From: Pirellula staleyi DSM 6068
GTDB lineage: Bacteria > Planctomycetota > Planctomycetia > Pirellulales > Pirellulaceae
Length of the DNA stretch: 32,000 nucleotides
Assembly: GCA_000025185.1 (NCBI GenBank)
Contig: CP001848.1
Span: 2,760,001 to 2,792,000, forward strand
Reading direction: 5' to 3'
Part shown: piece by piece, positions 26,664 through 32,000 of the stretch
How positions within the stretch are numbered: position 1 is the stretch's first letter
Layout: every line of letters begins with the position of its first letter
Notes under the pieces: generated by a model
What the model saw: the letters and a program-made list of their open reading frames with translations, nothing else
The model's database searches: none
Told to the model about the DNA's origin: nothing
Made by a program: the position numbers and the translations under genes

Positions 26664-29204
26664 ATGTCGCTCCAGCTTGCGATTCGATTGTCGCTCGTCG
26701 CTATTGTCTCAGGGACACTCGCTTGCGCGACCAATCTCTCCGCCGAGGATCAAGCCCCACGCTACGAGTCGAAAGGCTTTCTCGAGTTCCCCAAAGAGGT
26801 CGAGCTAGGCGAAGTTTCTGCTGTCGCCGTGGCTCCCACCGGCGAGATTGTCGTCCTCCATCGCGGTGAAGAACCGATCGCTGTGTTCGATGCTGCGGGG
26901 AAGTACAAGACCAGCTACGGCCGGGGAATGTTCAAAGTCCCTCACGGCCTTCGCTTCGATAAGCAAGGGAATCTTTGGACCACCGACAATGGCAACCATG
27001 TCCTCCGGCGTTTCAACAGCGAGGGTGTGCAAACCAAAACCATTGGTGAAGAGAACAAGCCCGGAAACGGCAATCTTCAGTTTCGATCTCCCGACGATCT
27101 TGTGTTTGGGAGCGATGGATCGATCTACGTCGCCGACGCCGGAAATGGCCGAGTTGTGAAGCTCTCCGCCGAGGGAGATTTTGTCTTTGCGTTCGGCAAA
27201 AAGGGGAAGAAAGAAGGGGAGTTTGCCACTGCGCATGGCATTGCGATCGATAGCGAGGATCGCATCTATATTGCCGACCGGGGCAACAAGCGGGTGCAGC
27301 AGTTTTCGAGCGATGGAAAGTACCTGGCTTCGTTTGATGTCTTCGCCGGTAATCCGTTCGGTCTCTTGGTGGTCGGCAGCGAGCTACTTGTGACCGAAGG
27401 GGATCAAAACAAACTCTTCCACCTCTCGCTCGATGGCAAACTCGTTCACACCTGGCCCCAATCGATCGACCTGCAGTTGCCCCATCTGATGTCGGTCGCC
27501 AGCGACGGGACACTCTACGTCGCCGAAGTAAAAGGTAAGCGTGTGCAGAAGTTCTCGCCCCGAACTTCGCCCACAGGAGCCCAGGCAACTGCGTGCGACG
27601 ACGTAGCCGCTCCCCAGCTACTCCCGATGAACCTCACTCGTCGCGTGGCTGATGAAGCGGGCAACTTCAAGCGTGTAACGACCCAAGAGAAGTGGGATTT
27701 TTCGAAGACCGCGTTCATCGTTTGCGATGTCTGGGACTCGCATCACAGCTTGAATGCCGTGCGCCGCGAAACGCAGCTACTCCTGCGCATGAACGAGGTC
27801 CTCAAGGTGGCTCGCGATCGTGGGGCGATGATCATTCATGCTCCCAGCGATTGCATGAAGTCCTACGAAGGACATCCTGGCCGCGCGATCGCCAAAAACG
27901 CCCCCAAAGCTTCGAATTTGCCGACCGATATCGGCATCTGGTGCAAGCAGATTCCTACAGAAGAAGCTGGCAAGTATCCGATCGATCAATCCGACGGGGG
28001 GGAGGACGACGACAAAGCCGAGCATGCGATTTGGCTGAAGCGACTAGGAGAAATTGGCCGACAGCCGCGCTCTCCTTGGCTCAAGCAAGCTGCCGGGATC
28101 GAGATCGTCGATGGTGATCCGATCAGCGACAACGGAATCGAGATTTGGAATCTGCTGGAGGATCGCAAAATCGAGAACATTGTTCTTCTCGGTGTCCATA
28201 CGAACATGTGCGTGCTGGGGCGTCCGTTTGGGCTTCGGCAGCTCAGTAAGAACGGCAAACATGTGGTGCTGATGCGCGACATGACCGACACGATGTACAA
28301 CCCGGCCAGCCCTCCCTATGTCAGCCATTTCTGCGGCACGGAGCTGATTGTCGAGCACATCGAAAAGTATGTCTGCCCAACGATCACCAGCGTCGATCTT
28401 CTGGGGGGGGAGCCGTTTCACTTTCCTGAAGATCGTCGCCACGTCCTCATGCTGATTGGAGACGACGAGTACAAAACCGAACTCACATTGCCCGAGTTTG
28501 CTGAAAAGGAACTCGTGCCGCTGGGATTTACCGTGACCATCATTCACGCCGATCCAAAAGACCGGAACGATTTCCCAGGACTCGTCGACGCGTTGCCGAA
28601 AGCCGATCTCTTGATCGTGAGCGCTCGCCGCCGCACTCCTAAGAAGGAGCAGCTCGACGCAATTCGGCGGCATATCGCCGAAGGGAAACCGGTGATTGGT
28701 ATCCGAACCGCTAGTCACGCCTTCAGCTTGCGGGCCGGGAGCGACACATCGAAATTGGCTGAGCAGGGGCTCGATAGCTGGCTCGACTACGACGCTGCGA
28801 TTCACGGTGGCAACTACCAAGGGCATCACGGCGTCGGGCCGACGACCGCGATTACCGTGGCCGAGGGAGCCCAAAACCATCCGATCCTGCGAGGTGTTGA
28901 TGTAGCAAACCTCCAGGGAAAAGGCTCGCTCTATCGTACATCGCCACTGGCTATCGACACGGTGCCACTCCTCATCGGCACCATTTCCGAGACAGCCCCC
29001 GAACCGATTGCTTGGACAAACAGAGCCAAACCCACCACAGAAAATGGGCCGCGAGCGCGGGTTTTTTACACCTCGCTGGGGCATGTTGACGACTTTGCCC
29101 AGCCCGCGTTTCGAAAACTGCTGCTAGGCGGAATCTTTTGGACGCTCGAGCCGCAGTATGCCGATCCGAGCACGATCGATCGGTTCCTGCCGGTCGCAAA
29201 ATAA
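26664..29204 (+). CDS. Secreted three-domain fusion protein: NHL-repeat beta-propeller + isochorismatase-like hydrolase + ThuA-like domain
   Basis: ATG 26664 gives the signal peptide 'MSLQLAIRLSLVAIVSGTLACATNLSA'. NHL-type blades follow ('PHGLRFDKQGNLWTTDNGNHVLRRF', 'PDDLVFGSDGSIYVADAGNGRVVKL', 'AHGIAIDSEDRIYIADRGNKRVQQF'). The middle region, 'TAFIVCDVWDSHH...IVLLGVHTNMCVLGRPFGLRQL', is isochorismatase/cysteine-hydrolase-like. The C-terminal region, 'HVLMLIGDDEY...LLIVSARRR...GKPVIGIRTASHAF...VFYTSLGH...LLLGGIFWTL', is ThuA-like. Confidence 0.7.
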   Translation: MSLQLAIRLSLVAIVSGTLACATNLSAEDQAPRYESKGFLEFPKEVELGEVSAVAVAPTGEIVVLHRGEEPIAVFDAAGKYKTSYGRGMFKVPHGLRFDKQGNLWTTDNGNHVLRRFNSEGVQTKTIGEENKPGNGNLQFRSPDDLVFGSDGSIYVADAGNGRVVKLSAEGDFVFAFGKKGKKEGEFATAHGIAIDSEDRIYIADRGNKRVQQFSSDGKYLASFDVFAGNPFGLLVVGSELLVTEGDQNKLFHLSLDGKLVHTWPQSIDLQLPHLMSVASDGTLYVAEVKGKRVQKFSPRTSPTGAQATACDDVAAPQLLPMNLTRRVADEAGNFKRVTTQEKWDFSKTAFIVCDVWDSHHSLNAVRRETQLLLRMNEVLKVARDRGAMIIHAPSDCMKSYEGHPGRAIAKNAPKASNLPTDIGIWCKQIPTEEAGKYPIDQSDGGEDDDKAEHAIWLKRLGEIGRQPRSPWLKQAAGIEIVDGDPISDNGIEIWNLLEDRKIENIVLLGVHTNMCVLGRPFGLRQLSKNGKHVVLMRDMTDTMYNPASPPYVSHFCGTELIVEHIEKYVCPTITSVDLLGGEPFHFPEDRRHVLMLIGDDEYKTELTLPEFAEKELVPLGFTVTIIHADPKDRNDFPGLVDALPKADLLIVSARRRTPKKEQLDAIRRHIAEGKPVIGIRTASHAFSLRAGSDTSKLAEQGLDSWLDYDAAIHGGNYQGHHGVGPTTAITVAEGAQNHPILRGVDVANLQGKGSLYRTSPLAIDTVPLLIGTISETAPEPIAWTNRAKPTTENGPRARVFYTSLGHVDDFAQPAFRKLLLGGIFWTLEPQYADPSTIDRFLPVAK

Positions 29205-29345
29205 GCCTGCTGCGGCACTTCCGCACAAATGCCACGATGGGCACGCTTTGGCCGCGTTGACAACCGCGCCGCTTGCCCGGAGAATCGTGGCTCTTTCTTA
29301 GCAATCCTTGCCGCTGGCCACCGGAAAACGAGACACGTTCGGGAC

Positions 29346-30407
29346 ATGGGAAAAGTCACCTACAAAGATGCTGGTGTCGACCTCGAAGTGTACGACGAGG
29401 CCATGTCGCGACTCCCTCGGCTGATGCACCGGACGTTTTCGCCCCGTGTTATCAAGCTTGATGGTGGTTTTGCTGGGCTTTATCAGCTCGATTTCGCCAG
29501 CCGACTCTTCCGCCGTAACTACCAAGACCCGGTGCTGGTCAGCTGCACCGACGGCGTCGGAACCAAGCTCAAAGTGGCGATGCTTACCGACGTTCACAAC
29601 ACGGTTGGCATCGATCTGGTGGCAATGAGCGTGAACGACGCCATTTGCTGTGGCGCCGAACCACTGATGTTCCTCGATTACGTCGCGATGTCGCACGACG
29701 ACCCGCACCGCCTCGAGCAGATTGTGCAAGGGATCAGCGACGGTTGCGTCGAGGCCGACTGTGCCCTGCTGGGGGGTGAAACGGCGATCATGCCCGACAT
29801 CTACTCGCGTGGCGACTACGATCTGGCTGGTTTTTGCGTTGGGGTGGTCGATCGTAAGCACTTGATCGACGGGTCACACATTGCCCCGGGCGACATGGTG
29901 CTTGGTGTCGCCTCCAGCGGATTTCATAGCAACGGCTACAGCCTTGTTCGCAAAGTTGTGTTCGACATGGCCGGGCTGGGGGTCGATGACCACGTTCCAC
30001 AGCTGAATCAAACCGTTGGCCAAGCACTACTTACGCCGACAGTGATCTACGCCAAACCCGTTCGCAAAATCCTGGCCTACTATCGTGGGCGCAACGTTTT
30101 GCACGGCATCGCCCATATCACAGGTGGTGGTTTAGCCGACAATCTCGAACGCATTCTTCCCGAGGGTTCTCGCGTCGAGATCGACCCCACAAGTTGGACC
30201 ATTCCACCCATTTTCACCTGGCTGCAAGGTCTTGGTGGCATTGAAGATGCCGAGATGGCCAAGGTCTTTAACATGGGGATCGGGCTCGTCCTGGTTTTCA
30301 ATCCTCGCTACGAAAACGCGATCCGCCGCCAACTCGAAGATCACAACCTCTCCAGTTGGAAGATTGGTGAAGTGGTTGCCGGTGAAAAAGCGGTGGTGAT
30401 GAAGTAG
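29346..30407 (+). CDS. purM: Phosphoribosylformylglycinamidine cyclo-ligase (AIR synthetase)
   Basis: '[14 protein letters not shown]', '[14 protein letters not shown]', '[25 protein letters not shown]' and 'LLGGETA' are canonical PurM motifs. I chose ATG 29346 over the track start 29229. Confidence 0.9.
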   Translation: MGKVTYKDAGVDLEVYDEAMSRLPRLMHRTFSPRVIKLDGGFAGLYQLDFASRLFRRNYQDPVLVSCTDGVGTKLKVAMLTDVHNTVGIDLVAMSVNDAICCGAEPLMFLDYVAMSHDDPHRLEQIVQGISDGCVEADCALLGGETAIMPDIYSRGDYDLAGFCVGVVDRKHLIDGSHIAPGDMVLGVASSGFHSNGYSLVRKVVFDMAGLGVDDHVPQLNQTVGQALLTPTVIYAKPVRKILAYYRGRNVLHGIAHITGGGLADNLERILPEGSRVEIDPTSWTIPPIFTWLQGLGGIEDAEMAKVFNMGIGLVLVFNPRYENAIRRQLEDHNLSSWKIGEVVAGEKAVVMK

Positions 30408-30621
30408 TCGGCTCGGCCAAAGGCATGGCCGGAATCAAGACAGGCAACTGGTCGGGCACCCATCGGTGCTGCTTGATTGCTGCTGTTGCTATCTTGCAAA
30501 CCTTTGAAATTGCAAAGCCCTCGCCGTTTTTTCGCTAGTTTCGCCTCGACAATTTCTGCGTTCGCGACGTAGGATGCACCATACCTGGAATGTGTAACGG
30601 CTATGGCTTAGGTGCAGATTG

Positions 30622-32000
30622 ATGTCGAGGCGAGTAATTATTGCGCAGATGGCAGCCACGATTGTGGCTTTAGTGGGATTTAATTCCCCGCTCGTTGCCG
30701 TCGAAGCTGAATTACCCAAGTCAACCGCTGCACAGAACGCCGACCCCCAGGCTACGGAAAAAGTACTTCAAAGTCTCGTCGCCGATCTTTCGCACGAGGA
30801 CTATACGCGTCGCGAAACAGCCTCGCGTGCACTTGCCGACGCTGGTTTGCCAGCTATCAAGCTCGTCGCCAGCAAAATCATGGCAGGAGATGCTGAGTCA
30901 TCTTGGCGAGCCAGCCGAGTTCTCGAAAACATTGCGATGCAAGGTGACGAAGCGGCCCTAGCAGAGGTCTCGCGCGTTCTGGCCGAGATCCAGTCGCAGG
31001 GCAAAACGGCTGTCAGTGGACTTCTGAGCGATTTGCGAAAGCGTCGCGCCAAACTCCGCCACGATCGCTCGCTCGCCGAACTACGTTCACTCGGTGCCAA
31101 AATCTCGGGCGACGGCGACCAGCAAGTCATGCTCGAAGCCGAAGCTGCCGATGGCGGTGCCGTCCTGGTAGAAGTCGTCGCTGACGGCGTTCGGATGATG
31201 ATTGCCGAGGCGGTAGAAGTTCGAGCCGCAGAAGTTGCCGTCAAAGAATTGGCTCCTGAAGCTCCTAAGTTTCGAGAGCGAGAAGCTTTCGATGGTCCGG
31301 TCGAACTCGAAGAACTTAAGGCCGATCTTCATCGCCTCGCTGAAGAAAATTCCGAAGGAGCTCCGGCGAACGGAGCAGCTGTCGAGGCTGCCGAACTCGC
31401 GGTCGAACTTGTTCCAGCTGATGCTCCTCCGCAGGACATTGAAGCTGCACCTGCTCCCCCCGAACTTGCCCCGCTGGCCGACCTCGACGATCTCGAGGCA
31501 CTTCCTGAACTTCCCCCCGAACCGATTGTGGCAGTCGAAGCCGACGCGCTTGATGCCGTCGAAGCAGGAATCGATTTTCTCCCCGCTCTCGATTTCGCTT
31601 TCGTCGCCGATCCTGGCTTCGATGTGCTCCTCGAAGATGTCATCGATGGAGTTGCTTACCGCGAAGCACTCATCGACAGCTCTTGGCGTGGAAGTGACGA
31701 AGGGCTCGCACTTTTCGCCGATGTTCCCGAAGTAAAGTCGCTGCGAATCGAAAGCACCAAGCTCTCTGAGCGTGGTATGGAAATTCTGGCTCGCAGCACC
31801 AAGCTGGCAGAACTGCACGTGAAGAAGGTCGACCTGACAGTCGCCGCTCTCGAGAAAGTGCGAAAAGCTCAGCCTGAATGCGTCGTCTACGCCGTGGGGC
31901 CTGCGATGATTGGGATCAATGCCGAGCCCAAGCAATCACCCTGCATTTTGACGAGCGTCTTTTTTGGTAGCGGGGCCTATGAAGCAGGTCTTGCTGAAGG
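30622..32000 (+). CDS. Hypothetical secreted protein (HEAT-like N-terminus, long acidic E/A/P-rich spacer, possible PDZ start), 3'-partial at the window edge
   Basis: This ORF is not in the track because it has no stop in the window. Starting at ATG 30622, which follows an in-frame TAA at 30595-30597, I read 459 codons without a stop to base 32000. The N-terminus 'MSRRVIIAQMAATIVALVGFNSPLVAVEA' is signal-like. 'HEDYTRRETASRALADAGLPAI' is HEAT-like. The end, 'CILTSVFFGSGAYEAGLAE', resembles the start of a PDZ domain. The antisense track ORF 31087..31935 is F/S/R/C-rich with no signal-like N-terminus or recognisable motif. Confidence 0.6.
   Translation, partial: MSRRVIIAQMAATIVALVGFNSPLVAVEAELPKSTAAQNADPQATEKVLQSLVADLSHEDYTRRETASRALADAGLPAIKLVASKIMAGDAESSWRASRVLENIAMQGDEAALAEVSRVLAEIQSQGKTAVSGLLSDLRKRRAKLRHDRSLAELRSLGAKISGDGDQQVMLEAEAADGGAVLVEVVADGVRMMIAEAVEVRAAEVAVKELAPEAPKFREREAFDGPVELEELKADLHRLAEENSEGAPANGAAVEAAELAVELVPADAPPQDIEAAPAPPELAPLADLDDLEALPELPPEPIVAVEADALDAVEAGIDFLPALDFAFVADPGFDVLLEDVIDGVAYREALIDSSWRGSDEGLALFADVPEVKSLRIESTKLSERGMEILARSTKLAELHVKKVDLTVAALEKVRKAQPECVVYAVGPAMIGINAEPKQSPCILTSVFFGSGAYEAGLAE

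Noticed and set aside
30414-30431. A hairpin (cggcca aaggca tggccg) just after purM, considered as a terminator.
   Set aside because: It has a 6-bp stem and no following U-tract, so it is indistinguishable from chance structure in GC-rich DNA.
31087-31935. The 282-aa minus-strand ORF in the last 1 kb.
   Set aside because: Its sequence is F/S/R/C-rich with no signal peptide or motifs. It lies antisense to a 459-codon open frame that has a signal peptide and a plausible domain layout.
1-32000. A check for CRISPR arrays, rRNA, tRNA, integrases, toxin-antitoxin pairs, reverse transcriptases and obvious defence genes.
   Set aside because: I saw no regularly spaced direct repeats, no rRNA/tRNA signatures and no such protein motifs in any substantial ORF. 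The only mobile DNA recognised is the single IS5-family element.

Overview
This window looks like chromosomal DNA from a Planctomycetota-like bacterium. That origin is an inference from a DUF1559 / H-X9-DG prepilin-type protein, many secreted PQQ/NHL/ThuA-type proteins, and the GC-rich codon style. I can support about 24 protein genes. Bases 1-5677 hold a type II secretion / type IV pilus-like module: two GspF-like platform genes, then three small pseudopilin-like genes joined by ATGA overlaps, then a DUF1559 pseudopilin-like gene. An 857-bp IS5-family element sits between the last pseudopilin-like gene and the DUF1559 gene. It has clear inverted repeats and a CTAG duplication. The rest is mostly housekeeping or metabolic. 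In window order it is a COG0523 GTPase, a C92-like amidase, a GT2, a PQQ propeller and a fused 5-oxoprolinase. Next come an S51 peptidase, an M50 protease and a DUF155 protein, all co-directional downstream of rpoD. Then come a beta-barrel-like protein, recJ, rpmG (missing from the ORF track), purF, a three-domain NHL + isochorismatase-like + ThuA-like fusion, purM, and a 3'-open ORF also missing from the track. I found no rRNA, tRNA or CRISPR array. I see no convincing complete novel system. The best leads are the IS-disrupted pilus-like module, the rpoD-DUF155-M50-S51 cluster, the fusion gene with two poly-G tracts, and a TTGCAA hexamer concentrated in intergenic DNA. All homology calls come from reading motifs by eye, not from searches.
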